A stretch of 64,000 nucleotides of DNA from Antedon mediterranea (lineage: Eukaryota > Animalia > Echinodermata): NCBI RefSeq assembly GCF_964355755.1, contig NC_092674.1, positions 6,076,001-6,140,000 of the forward strand, written 5' to 3'. Numbering within the stretch: position 1 is the stretch's first letter; every line of letters starts with the position of its first letter. A model generated the notes under the pieces. The model worked only from the letters and a program-made list of their open reading frames with translations. It ran no database searches and was not told the origin of the DNA. Below are positions 37,422 through 50,373 of the stretch, one piece after another. A program made the position numbers and the translations under genes.

Positions 37422-40400
37422 ATGACAGATCCAAATTTCGCAACAATGTCAGGTCAACAGAACGGAAGTCCTTCGGATCAAGAACTCGACGATACGTTTG
37501 AGCAAGACCTACGTGATATGCTTCGTGATGGCCCATCGCTATCCGACACCGCATCGAACATCCAAGGAGGAAATGTCACCGAGAGTCCTTTTGCAGGTAT
37601 AGACTTAAATAGCCCAATACGTCCACAACTACAGAGCCCTGGCGCTAGTCGGGCACCCCACAGGGCAACGGGTAGCAGTACGGTTGGCTCACGACTTGCT
37701 GATGAAGCTTCGCAAATGTCAAAAGGTTAGTATTATATATTTTATTTTATTATTTTAATATTAAACTTTACACCCTGTCAATTATGCTAAATGTCAAAAT
37801 AATAATTTAATGTATTTATTGATTCTGATTCATTCACATATTATCATTCTTCTATTATTATTATAGAAATCCAATGAAAGATTTTTTCAAAATTTAATAT
37901 AAAGAAATTTATAAAGATACATGTTATAGTACCTATCACATAATAGCACATTACTACCATATTTGGGCACATCACACTTTTGTTTGATAGTGTAGACAGA
38001 GCTTTAGACTCTTATTCTGAGTGTAGTAGTCTACAGGGAAATTATTAAAAAGCATATGGTTTTATAATTGCAATGACACATTGGTGTATTGTATCTTTAA
38101 GATCTCAAAAGAGGTACTGTATGCTAGTTGCCATTTATTTCAATTTAAAATGTTTATCGCATACATTTTTTCACCATAAATCTTGATCAATTAGATTTTT
38201 AAGGGATTTTTTCAAACTTACTCATTTTGTTAATCAAAATTTACAAGACAACCAACATTTCTATTCACTTTTTTATGGCAATTTAAATGTTTTGTGAAAA
38301 ATATAAAAACAATGGTGGTACAGTATACACTGTAGCCGTAATAGCTTATGTAGAATCCGGGTTCCGGGGTCATAGGTGAATGAGAGATACCACGCCGTGT
38401 AACGAGAAGTATCAATCCTAAGTGCTACATTTTAAAGTCTATTGTTTCATCTTATAAACTTTGTCTTAGTATATTTGAGTATTGTTGTTTGTCCAAGAAC
38501 ATTACAGCTTAGTTATCCTAGGAGCCAGGGTTCGAGTTGTTGTTTAGTATAGCCATGTCTATTATTAGTATTTATACCACAGACGACTCGATTTACAAAT
38601 GTGTGTTCATTTCTTGCATGCTGCTGTGTACTGAGAATAAAAAAAGGAATGTATTTCATTAGTAGTTGTAGCTTATATTTATAATTTATATGGAATTCTT
38701 AAAATTATAAAGAAGGTATGCAATCAGTGGAGTTTTCAATGCGACATACATTTTACAAATTCATGTGAAATTATGGAAAGTATTATTTACTGTAGGTTGT
38801 TGTCTGGCATAAATACTGTAAATTTGGCTTTATATGTTTTGTTGTGTAGGCTTTTTTAATGCAATTATTATTAAAGATGTATTTTCCCCCAAAAACATGA
38901 AAAAATGAAGATTATTAAAATCAAACTTTAAGCCATTGTGCAGTTTTAATAAAGTTATTCACTTCTGTAAAAAAAAAACATTACCAAATTATTTCACAAA
39001 AAAGACAAAATAAAGTGTAAATTTTAACCAAAACCCATTGTCTGAATTTAAGTATTTTTTTGCTTTAAATTGCATTTTTTTCAGGTAAATAATTGTTGTT
39101 TCGACACAGTTTTTGGTAAAAATGAATAATTATTACGTGACATTAAAATGGCATATTCAACAAAAAATTTGTTTAGGAGGACAATACAGTATTTAATATA
39201 CTGTACTGTAATTATTATTAAGCTTTGAGATAATTGATTTGTATGGTTATAACCAAACCTGACTACCACCAAATTTGGAATAAAAATACAATTTTTTAGA
39301 AAGGTTTCTTTTATGATAATGACCATCTACTGTACAGTATAATCCATTGACTAAACATTAAAATTATTTAATAAATGAATGAAATTGTTTTTACATTATT
39401 AATTTTTAAACAACATAAAATCATCCATGCACAATTTCAATCATGAATCGTATGTATTTGAATACAGTATATTAAAAATATAAATACTGGATATGCACCT
39501 ACGAAGTCTATTACATAAATAATTATTAATTTCAATGGATAAAATCATCCAGTTAATGAGTTACTACTGTAGGTCTTTTTGAAAACAATTAAAAAACCAG
39601 ATGAATATTTTTACTCACCATTTAATCACGTGACAAAATAAATAATTATTTTAAAACAATGGATTACTGTATATACAGTAAACCATTTGTCATCAATATT
39701 CATGAAATTTATTTTGCTTTGTGTTATTGATTGCATATTACACAGTTGTTAATTTTTGTGCTCAGCGATCAAAGTTTATGATAGAACTAGGAGGAGATTA
39801 TCATTTGTAGGATTTAAAATTAGCATAAAATCAATAACAAATACTGTCATCAAGTCACATCAAATGATCATACTGTAACAGTACTCGCAATAATATTGGT
39901 TGTTCTAAGTACAGTAATATTAATACTAGTGAAAATATAGGAATTATTACGTTTGTTATCAACTGGTACTGTACCATTACATCTGTATGTTACGTGTTAT
40001 TGAACAGGGTAGGAGTAATTCTTTTATTTAACGTTTATTTAAGAAGTAGGAACGTAGTACTAAATACTATACAGTATGTTAGCGTTTGTTTTTTTGGCAA
40101 TTTTTGTTCTTCGGACCGCATTTTGTTGATTCTAGTTCCAGATTAAAGAACTTGGATTTAATGCACTTTTATCACACTGGCATTTGAGCCTTTTTTGGAT
40201 GTACAGTCATCATGAAAAAAGGATAACAATTTTTAGTTTGCACTTGACTACAAATGATGTAATAGGTCGTCGCAAAGCTAGATCACTAGTATCAGCTGGG
40301 ACTTGAGTTCTTTTCTTTTTTTAAACCACCCACAGGGCATGTTGAGTTATAGAATGATTGTAGAAGTAGCTATATCATTTTGCTATCCAATACTTTTATT

Positions 40401-43400
40401 CTTACTTAATTTATTATTATTATATAATTTTTATTGCTTAGGTATTGGTAGATTTTTTTTTCTATTTTAACCTTGGGTTAATATTTTACTGGGAAAAAAA
40501 AGAGTTTAGTAAGGCAGAGGTGATTTATGCTAGACAATGTGTTAAGCGATCTATTCAGTACAGTAACTAATAAATATAGGCTAGTTTTATATTATTTTGT
40601 TGTGACTGGATAACTGTATTTGTAAGCTTTAATAATACTAATAGTGCCAATTTATGTGTAATATTCAGGGAGCATGGTTTAAAGATCTATCTACACTATC
40701 AAACTAGTCCATATATGGGCACAGTACATTTTTTTGTTACATAAACTTTGATAGTGTAGACAGAGCTTAAAGGCATCTGAATTTTTCTCTAGCCTATTCT
40801 TCTACTCCTTTTCACTCTGTCTCTGCTCTTTTCAAATTTAAAATTGAATTATTTAATATTATATACACATACTTTTAATTTTTTTATTGATGCTTTTATT
40901 TATATTTGTTTGGTGTCATAGACGTGAAATGGATAGAATTAATTATTTGTATATATTTGTAGTTTTACAATGACTTTGTTTATTTGATAAATGAATGAGG
41001 GCAAAATATCATTCCATATTTCCTAAAGCTCTGTTTACACTATCAAACTTTATGTGACAAAAAAATGTGATGTGCCCATATATGGACATGATGATGTCAT
41101 ATCACTACCGTATTTGGGAATATCACTACCGTATTTGAGCACATCACACTTTTTTTATCAAACTAGTTTGATAGTGTAGACAGATATTTAGTGTCAATCA
41201 TTTTTACATATTCTGCTAAGCAACTGTATATGCCTTGATGAATATCTCCGATAGTACTGTACAGTACATGCATAAATGATAATTTTATTATATTGTTCTG
41301 TAAAATCCAATATTTTCACGTTTTCTTTTCAGGATTTTTTTAAAGTCTGAGCCAACAAGTCCTGACCCAAGAAGAAAACAGCCTTGTAGACATCATTGAC
41401 AATTTTCAATGCCGCAGAGAAATCAAATCAATCTTTTAGTGGTTCATATTTTATCAAAGAATTAATCATTGTCATCATTATCATCGCGTTTGACCCACTG
41501 CAGCTATTATACACAACATCTCATTCTTTTCCATACTAAACATATTTAAATTAAATCCACTTTTTCAAATAGTGTTTTGCTTTTTTTTTGGAAAACAATA
41601 AAAAATGTATCAAAAAAGATATGTATGTATCAAAATCGCAAATTGCTTTCTGCATAGCTACCACATTCCTCTTTGATTACAAAATTCTGAAAATTAGTTA
41701 CTTCGATTGACTACATTATAGCTGCCGAAATTTGCCTTCCATCCTTAATTATACTAAAACGAAGAGATTATTGTCAATGATTCCACAAGGGGCCTAAGGT
41801 ACCTTATGTCATAAATTATTGTTAAACAGCATGATCAGTATAACATGGTGTTACCCCTCCTTCTCACACAAACATTTGATAATCATGCATGTTGGGTTTA
41901 TTATTTTTATATAACATATGATATGTAATAGAGTTTCCCATTCCTTCCATGATTTTTTTTGTTGCATAATTTTTCCCAATTCCAATTTGTGGGTTTTTAA
42001 TGGGATTTCCCACTTCTTTTTTTTGTGGGTGTAATATGTGGTTTCCCATTTTTGTGTATGGCTGTGTGGTGAAAATATTTTTGCACTGTTTTTAATTGTT
42101 TTGTCATTCTTTTGCATCAACACCGTCTTCTTATTGTCTCTTAACTGCTCTTATCATTTCTACATTCCCCTCTATTCCCATCCATCCTTCTCATCAATTC
42201 ATTTAATTTACTGTAAAGCTCTGTCTACACTATCAAACTTTATGTGACAAAACAAATGTGATGTTTCCATATATGGACTTAAGTCATGTAGTGATGTCAT
42301 ATCACTACCACCATATTTAGGCATATCACTACCATATTTAGATTTCTCTACTGTGTGCCTTGTTATTCTACTCCTTCACAATACCATCTGCTTTTTCATA
42401 TTATCTGTGTTTGCTTGTTTGATGCATCATGTGAGGTAACCCTGTGATGTGTTGAAGCTCTTTATATTAGGTTTCTGTAAGTTGCCCTTTTAGGACCTAT
42501 ATTAGGTAGGTTTGAGAGTTGAGCCGAATACAGAAGGTGCATGTGGAAGGTCGTTGATGCAGGCCCCAGTTAGTAGCTGTTTAAGGTCACTAAATTTGAA
42601 CCTACTGTATTGTTTGTTCCATGGTAGCATGTAAAAATCATTATCTATGTATTTAGGTTTTTTAAGCAGGGCTCAACATAATTTAAGTTGTGAAAAACTT
42701 GAATGAAAGTGACTCTTTTGGTCATTAAGCTAGGCCCTCAGAAAGCACCTTGAGAATGAATACTGATAACCTTAAATGACTACTGTAAAAGGGTGTTGTG
42801 ATCTTGGCATGAATTCTAACATGGTTGAAATATGATAGTATGGTTTGTTTTGGCATGGTTGTAAATTGTAATGACGGTTGTGTTTTTGATAATTATTCAT
42901 AAATGTTGGTACCCTGTAATTTGCTGTTAGAATTTGCATTTCTATATATTACTGATAATACTCATTTCCATAATTATATATAATATACATTTTAATTAAG
43001 GTGCATAATGTAAAAGTATATATTATAAAGAACGATATATATAGTATTTCCAGGATGTAACTGTGTGTTATACCATCCCCTTCTTCCCCAGAGGATGTGG
43101 AAAATGTGTTCCAGATACTGGGCCTAGAAGGTTAAAGCTTAGTTGCAATAACTAATTTATGTCATTTTCTTATCTTATTGCAGCACCACCACCTCAAATG
43201 GGACAAGCAAAAAGCTCCCCAAATACAGGCAACTACGCTGGAACTGGTGGAGGCTTCGCGGGCCCAGGCGATAACGGCGACTCAACGTCAGCTCTAGCCA
43301 AGGCTAAGTTTGACTCGTTCAAGACATGGAGCATCTCCACCTACAAATGCACTCGTCAGATGCTATCAGAAAAGTTGGGAAAAGGATCCCGAACCGTTGA

Positions 43401-45745
43401 CCTACAGTTAGAAGCTCAGATCGAAGTCCTCCGTGACACCCAGCGTAAATATGCAAATATTCTCAAGCTATCACGTGCGTTGACCCATCACTTTTATCAG
43501 GTCGTCCAAACCCAACGTTCACTCGGCGATGCTTTTGGCGAGTTAGGTCAAAAGTCTCCCGAATTGCAAGAGGAATTTAATTATAATTGCGAGACACAGC
43601 GGTCTTTATGTTCAAACGGAGAGACGCTGCTAGGAGCTTTGAATTTCTTTACTTCTAATGTTAACACACTGTGCAATAAAACAATGGAGGATACGCTGAT
43701 GACAGTTAAGCTATATGAATCTGCTAGGTAAGAGTACTATTTGAAAATGTATAGGCATAGATTGAATAATTCCCGATGAGGTGGCACCTGAGCAATCTTT
43801 TGTCATAAAGCCTTAACTAAAAATGTAATGCTCAAGATAGGAATTTTTTTTAACAATTTTTAGGCACTCCCTTCTTCTCTCTCCCCTCCCCCTCTCTAGT
43901 CTAGTGGTTGAGCGGTTAAGGCAGGGACGCCACCGCAAACCATAGCTATACAATCGGCACAGGTTCAAGTCACTCCCTGACCATTGTTCTGGTGGTAAAA
44001 GTCTTCTCGGATAAGGACTTAAAACTGGAGGTCCAGTGTACACATCTGGCTTGTGTGCACTTTAAAGAACCCAGTACATCTTTCGGAAGAGTAGGGGGTT
44101 ACCCCTGTGTACTGGTCCATTAAGCCCCTGTCGTTGTGGACAGCAGAAACAAGCGCCGTTTGGTGGCAGCACTCTACACGAAGGGTAGAAAGAAAGTTGT
44201 GGTATGTGTCGTCCACACCTGTGCGCAATTCAGTAGGCTGCAAATCACAGGTTACCCCTACATAAAAATGCAATACCTGAGATAGGACATTTTTTTTACA
44301 ATTTTTAGTGGCCTCCTTCTCTTTCCCCTCCATATGCTATATAGAGCTCTTTTAAACTTGCTCATTCTATCCATCTGTCCCTCAGTATTTTGATTATTGT
44401 TCGTTTTCATGAGCTTATATCTGTCGGCCTACTTCAATTGCTAATTGTACAGGCACCTTAAGCATAATCTAAACTATTAGACATTGGCGCTAATTTTTTA
44501 ATTTTCTCTTTTTAGAATTGAATATGATGCATATAGGGTAGACTTGGAGAGTTTACAAATAGCCCCAAAAGATTCTACAACGCAAAGTAAGATCAACGAA
44601 GCCAGGACCAAGTACGACAAGCAGAAAATTAAGTTTGATAAGCTCAGACAGGATGTTTCGGTGAAACTTAAATTCCTTGAAGAGAATAAGGTAAGATATA
44701 GGTCATTATGAGTCACAGTGTGAAAGGTGTCTTAAGCTATGTCTACGCTATTAAACTTTATGTCACAAAAATGTTCCCATAATATGGTAGTGATATGCCC
44801 AAATATAGCAGTAATATGACATCATCATGTCCATATATGGGCACACCACATTTGTTTGTCACATTAAATTTGATAGTGTAGACAAAGCTTTAGGTGTGTT
44901 TGGGATTATAAGGCTCTACAGCAGCTGTTTCAAACTAAAAATCAGTATTTCCTCTATCACTAAAGGTTCAATGAAATATACTAGTTTTACTGTAGCAACT
45001 GTAAACGATTGGTTTTTGGATACCAACTACTATCCTAGTCGACACTAGAGGACTTTACAGAAGTTCATAATCTCAAGCAAACAAAAAGTTTCCAAACTTT
45101 TAGTGTACGCCATTTGATAAACAAACTGCAGAAAACTAATCTGCTAAAGTTAGACCATGCACCTACAGGACTACCTAGTTTGCTGAAATTTGTGAACTCT
45201 GCAAATCAAATAACAGTCGTGTGATCCTCTTCAGATGGATAAAATGACTAATAACTAGTGCAGACATAACACATTTCTGGCAAAGTTTAGTAAAGTTCTA
45301 GGTCTAGTGTAGACTAAACTTAATAATAAAATACTGTTAATAATATTGAATGCTATGTAAATAGGGGTAGGTTGTTTACAAAATTATTATGTGAATATGT
45401 AAAAATATAAGAATAAGATGGATAAAATGACTAGTACCTATGTAGACAGACATCACAACATTCTGGAAAAGTTTTCTTGAGTAGACTAGTCTTAATTATG
45501 ATAATATTGAATGCTATGTTAATGAGAGCAGGCTGTTTAAAACATGAAATTAACAATAAGAATGATTTAATTTTAGAAATTTCTTTTAATAGGTGAAAGT
45601 GATGCATAAACAACTACTGTTATTTCACAACGCTATCTCGGCTTACTTCTCTGGAAATCAACAAGCGTTGGAGGCGACCTTAAAACAGTTCAGTATCAAA
45701 TTACGCCCACCTAGCGAAGTTCAACCATCGTTCTTGGAGCAGTAA
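37422..45745 (+). CDS. ARFIP2: Arfaptin (AH/BAR domain; arfaptin-1/2 orthologue), 4 coding exons
   Basis: Exons 37422-37725, 43184-43727, 44516-44690 and 45593-45745 (TAA). Family motifs [69 protein letters not shown] and the C-terminal PSFLEQ. Confidence 0.94.
41026..41187. mobile_element. MITE family A copy
   Basis: agctctgtttacactatcaaac ... gtttgatagtgtagacaga. Confidence 0.85.
43893..44270 (+). mobile_element. tRNA-headed Deu/Nin-domain SINE
   Basis: A-box tggttgagcgg, B-box ggttcaagtc, then gtcttctcggataaggac...ttaaagaaccc...aagagtagggggttacccc. 3' boundary approximate. Confidence 0.65.
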
Positions 45746-46923
45746 CAACAAATGTACTCAATACTTTCATGTATATATTGTTGAATCACTGCAAATCTAA
45801 TGCTATTAGCTATATGAATTATGAGTGATGTTGTATTGTAAGAAAAACTGGCAAATATGACTATAGCAATGTATGTTTGCTTGTTCGTTAGTGCCATGTT
45901 GGTTAGCTCTGTTAAACAAAGTATAACCCTTATAACGCCCTCATGTAACAATATACCTTTTATCAGCCTTGTTGTATTTAATTCATGAATATGATCCTGG
46001 GAAGAGTATATGTGTAATTTCACTCTGAGTCCCTGATATAATCTAAGCCTAGGATCTGCTGACCAGATAGTCCTAATGTTCAACTCTAAGCTATTCCATG
46101 TAAAGCCAGTTAATTGTTAGCAGTGATTGAGAAATCATATCATTGTTGTATGTATCTAGGCAACCCAAAGATTATTTAACAGTGATCATTTTTAGTGGTA
46201 TAACGCATTTTTGTGATACTCTTTTATTTTGCTATTAACACATGTTAAGAGATTTACGTTAAAGCCTTGACCTGACAACGCATTGATTTGATAAATAAAG
46301 ATCGTGCGTACCGATACGTAAGGTACGTGCATGCTGGCTAACTTACCCACAATGCCTAGTCATGACGCTTTCTTATTTATTCTAATGGTTAAATATAATT
46401 TTGCGCCTACAATATTTCCAAACAAGTTGCGTATAATTATGCTTTGATAGAACCTGTATGTATTGTCATGATAAAGTGATTGTGTATTTATTGTCTATTA
46501 TTAATCTAGAATAAGAGTTTTTAATTAAACTATAATAAAAAGATATATAATCTGCTAAATTGTGAAATTGTATAATAAATGAGATTGTAGTTGTTATTTA
46601 GTAATTATTATAAATGTACATTTTAATTATCAAATGTTGTGTATTAGTTGTACAATTTATTTTTAAGAATTATCAATGTTGGAGTAGTAATATAATGATT
46701 GTTTAGTAATTAAATAAGTGGAAATTTTCTGAAAACACCTACTTTGTCAACTCAACTTAATTTATTGAATGTTACTTTCTGATTTTCACACTTTGGCTCA
46801 GTCACCAGAACTTATCCTTATAGGATCACTACCTAAAAGCTGATAACAAGGCCCTCTCTAAAAATGTTTAAGAATGGGGGTGAGGGATGATGGTCCTAGT
46901 ACCCAGTACGTTCTGCACCCGTA

Positions 46924-47061
46924 AGCTCTGTCTACACCATCAAACTTTATGTGAAAAAAAAGTAATGTGCCCATATATGGACATAATGATGTCATATCAC
47001 TACCGTATTTGGGAACATCACAGTTTTGTTGTCAAACTAGTTTGATAGTGTAGACAGAGCT
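46924..47061. mobile_element. MITE family A copy
   Basis: agctctgtctacacc ... tagtgtagacagagct. Confidence 0.85.
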
Positions 47062-48555
47062 TTACTTTAGTAAACATGAGTTTTAATTGATTGATTTAAT
47101 CAGTAACTGTGGAATGTATTGTTAGCCAACAGTAACAAATATAGATTATTTTTATTTATAATAATTTTTTTTATTTATAGATTTATGCATATTGTACTCC
47201 AGTGCTTTCAAATTGTGTAATATTATACTGTAATAATGCCGAGAATAAACAAATGAAAACAAATTAATTGACACAAGTTTTTAAGTTTTAACTTTAAATA
47301 TAAAGGAAAACACAATACCACTTAAGTGAAATATATTTCTCCTAAATACTACTAAGTATTTCACATAAGCCAGTAAATGTTTTAACTTTAAGCATATTTG
47401 TGGTAATTAAAGGACCAGTGGATTAGCACAGTATCCATATATTCTTAAGTGAGATATGTCCCTTAAAAACATAAGCCAATCTATATTTATTGATTCCACT
47501 TAAGTATATTATTCACATAGATAAGAGAATTTTTAAAAACTTTAATGGCGTTTCCCCTACTAATATCCTAAGAATGTTGAATGCGGCCACAAGATCCCAG
47601 TTCATACTTATATCATGTGACCCATAATACATTATCCAATCAAATGGCGAGAATCAACTTAGTTGTCTTACAAACAATGCATAGAACTTTCTACACAAAA
47701 TGTCTTGGATAGATATTTAATAAGAAAATATCTTTCTTTTTATTCTTGGACCATAAATTTGATTTAAACTGTAAAGTATGTCTTTACCCTAATAACTACA
47801 GAAGCTGCCATTTTGGTTTTTTTTTTCAAATAAAATAATGCTTGTTCTATTAATATTGCCTTATGCTATTTATATGTGTATATATATGGTATATCAAATC
47901 TTCCATAAAAATGATTTTATTCAAATATATGTAGTGGATATTATGTATTCAATTTTAAATAGGTTAAGATTTTGTTTGTATTTACAATATTTAGTTGAAT
48001 ACCTGTCAATTTTAAATTGATTTTTTGTTCATCAACACATCAGGATCTAAAGCTCTGTTTACACTATCAAATATCAAAAATACAAAATAGTGATGTCATA
48101 TCAGTTTTATGCTTATCACCACCATATTTGGGCACATCACACTAGTTTGATAGTGTAGACAGAGCTTAATTATGGTCAAAGAAAAAGTATTGATAAGTCT
48201 TTGTTTATACAGTAATTGCACAATGCACCTTTACAATTTTTTCTTTTCGTAAAATCACAATCAATTTGGGTGCACTGATGTAGCATACATTTAAATTTCA
48301 TGTTTGTTTTTTTATGTATAGTTGGTGCTGCATGTTTGTGTAATTTTTGCTTTTCATAGATAATAAATATTCCTCTTCAAAAGTGTTTTTATTTAATTTT
48401 GTTGTGGTTGTACACAAAATGTAATATTACATATATATTTACTAAGATGGTTGGGGGTTGAGTACAGTGTTGACAGCAATGAACAATTCTATACTGTATA
48501 TATACAGTATATCATTTTTGTGAACTTTTATTTTCTATTAAAAAAAATGTTTTAA

Positions 48556-48741
48556 TAGGGAGCTTTCGATTTGCAATGACCAACAATCTAACTAGGTCAG
48601 GTCAATTAATGTGTCGTCCGTCGTTTTATGAACCTAAACCATCAAAACAGTGTAGAGGTGGGGAGCGAGGAACCATTTTTTAACGAGCACAGTGAATTAA
48701 CATATGACATTCGTCGGTCGTCGCAAATTGGAAACTCCCCA
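48556..48741. mobile_element. Small TTAA-flanked MITE
   Basis: ttaa|tagggagctttcgatttgcaatgacc ... ggtcgtcgcaaattggaaactcccca|ttaa. Confidence 0.55.
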
Positions 48742-49710
48742 TTAATAAGTTAATACCCAGTGTGCAGGTTACAGTTGTTTTCTTGTCGATGTCTTTCTAA
48801 TTATAGTCATCAGTATGAGTTGGTGTTAGTAAAACGTTACCATTATATATTCAATTTAAGCATATAATAAACTCAGATATGAAAAATTCTTTTTTTTGTC
48901 TTTTATTTATTGAAGAAATCTATTATTAATATTATGCAAAAAAACATTTTTATTCAACAATCCCTATGGAAGGACTATCAGAGTTGACATCAGAAGCTAC
49001 GGAGAACTGTATGTGAACTAGACTTCAACCAAGTCTTTTTTATGTTGTTACTCCTCTGCGCCATGTTTTGATATTTTTGTCCGAAACCAGATCCAGCTCA
49101 AGTATATGTATGACACGCCATGTGTGACAAAATGTTTATATTTTTACCAATAAGTCAAATCACCATATAGAACTTCATCTACCACCTGTGAATTGATGCA
49201 AATCAATTTTGCCATTAGTGTTTGTGGATGTGACCTGCTACTGACTTCTTGTGTATGTCCTTGGATAAGATCTATAGTCCATCCTCTGACTCATCCTTCT
49301 GATGGGATGTCAAGTCATTGGTTCTTGATAACAGGTGAGAATGCTGGAGTGATAATCTTGGATTCTCTATGGTTATGTAGATATATGAAAACATCAGGAT
49401 CAGTAATGACCAATAATTGAACACTATTTTCTGAATCTAGATGAAGCAAGTGCTGGGTAACCGTAATTAATAATGTAATGTACAAGTAACATTACTGTAT
49501 GTTGTCTGCAGTGGTCTGTACATTTTTATTTCATTTTTTTGACAACTGATACTATAGACTGTCTTGATAACAAACAGCTTCTTCTTCTTTCCTCTTTGTT
49601 TAATACATGGTCACGGTGCTTCCTCTCTCTCAATAGTTGTTACAATGCCAGACCTCTGGTGGTGCTTTGTACTATGTAGTCATCTTAGTTAGACAATCAA
49701 TTTGCAAAAA

Positions 49711-49974
49711 CTAAGTTGTCCGAGACTGAACAGCTTCTAAGCGATTAACAATATAATTGGTGGTGTCTATAAAACGTTCAACGCAGTTAACAAGACATGA
49801 TTCTGCCTTTGTCTCCAGTCTTGCGCTCAATCTGGTGTCTGCCAGACATCGCTCCCAACATGTATCTGTAAGAGAATACACAAGTTGAGTAAATTTTTGT
49901 TTCTGCGACTCTTTGTTGATAAAATGAGCTAATTCAGGGTCCACTTGACCATTTTGTTGACCACCTATATTCAT
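49711..49974 (-). CDS. TIMM8A: Mitochondrial import small Tim chaperone Tim8, single coding exon, 87 aa
   Basis: MNIGGQQNGQVDPELAHFINKESQKQKFTQLVYSLTDTCWERC...CLVNCVERFIDTT; twin CX3C plus the Tim8 signature CVERFIDT. First ATG is at 49974 (the ORF track starts upstream at a non-ATG codon). Confidence 0.92.
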   Translation of the reverse strand: MNIGGQQNGQVDPELAHFINKESQKQKFTQLVYSLTDTCWERCLADTRLSARLETKAESCLVNCVERFIDTTNYIVNRLEAVQSRTT

Positions 49975-50373
49975 AGTTGTTGATATCAAACTCAACTAAT
50001 CATCAAATCCTAGGAATTTAAAGAGAAAACTGGAAAAAGAAAATTCTCTTTGGGTAGTCTAGCAGTAAAGTATAGGCTGCTGCTGTTGCTCTATTTTTCC
50101 ACAGTAAATGGAAAATCTACATTATTTTTAGGGGTGGCTACAAAATAATAACAAAAATGTCTAGATCCAATTGTCAAAATCTTACACCAAACCACTTTAA
50201 AAGTAAGACTGATACTGTATGTGCGATAAAAATGTGTTTTATTAAAGTTAACAAATTTGAATGATGTATTATTGAACCATATAAATCCTTTGTAAATCTT
50301 TTTACCAGTTTAAAAATAGACTGGTCTGTTGCAGGTCAAAGTGCATGCGTGTTTTTGCAGTATGTTTTTTGAG

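Noticed and set aside
41333-41399. Possible extra arfaptin exon after a strong acceptor
   Set aside because: The frame required by the upstream exon hits TAA at once, and no compatible donor or partner exon was found.
45036-45316. Possible Academ-like element (tagtcgacactaga / tctagtgtagacta)
   Set aside because: Short imperfect inverted ends, no TSD, and only one copy in the window.
48960-49435. Coding-like composition on the minus strand downstream of TIMM8
   Set aside because: The frames I translated are interrupted by stops and show no recognisable homology; probably UTR or decayed sequence.
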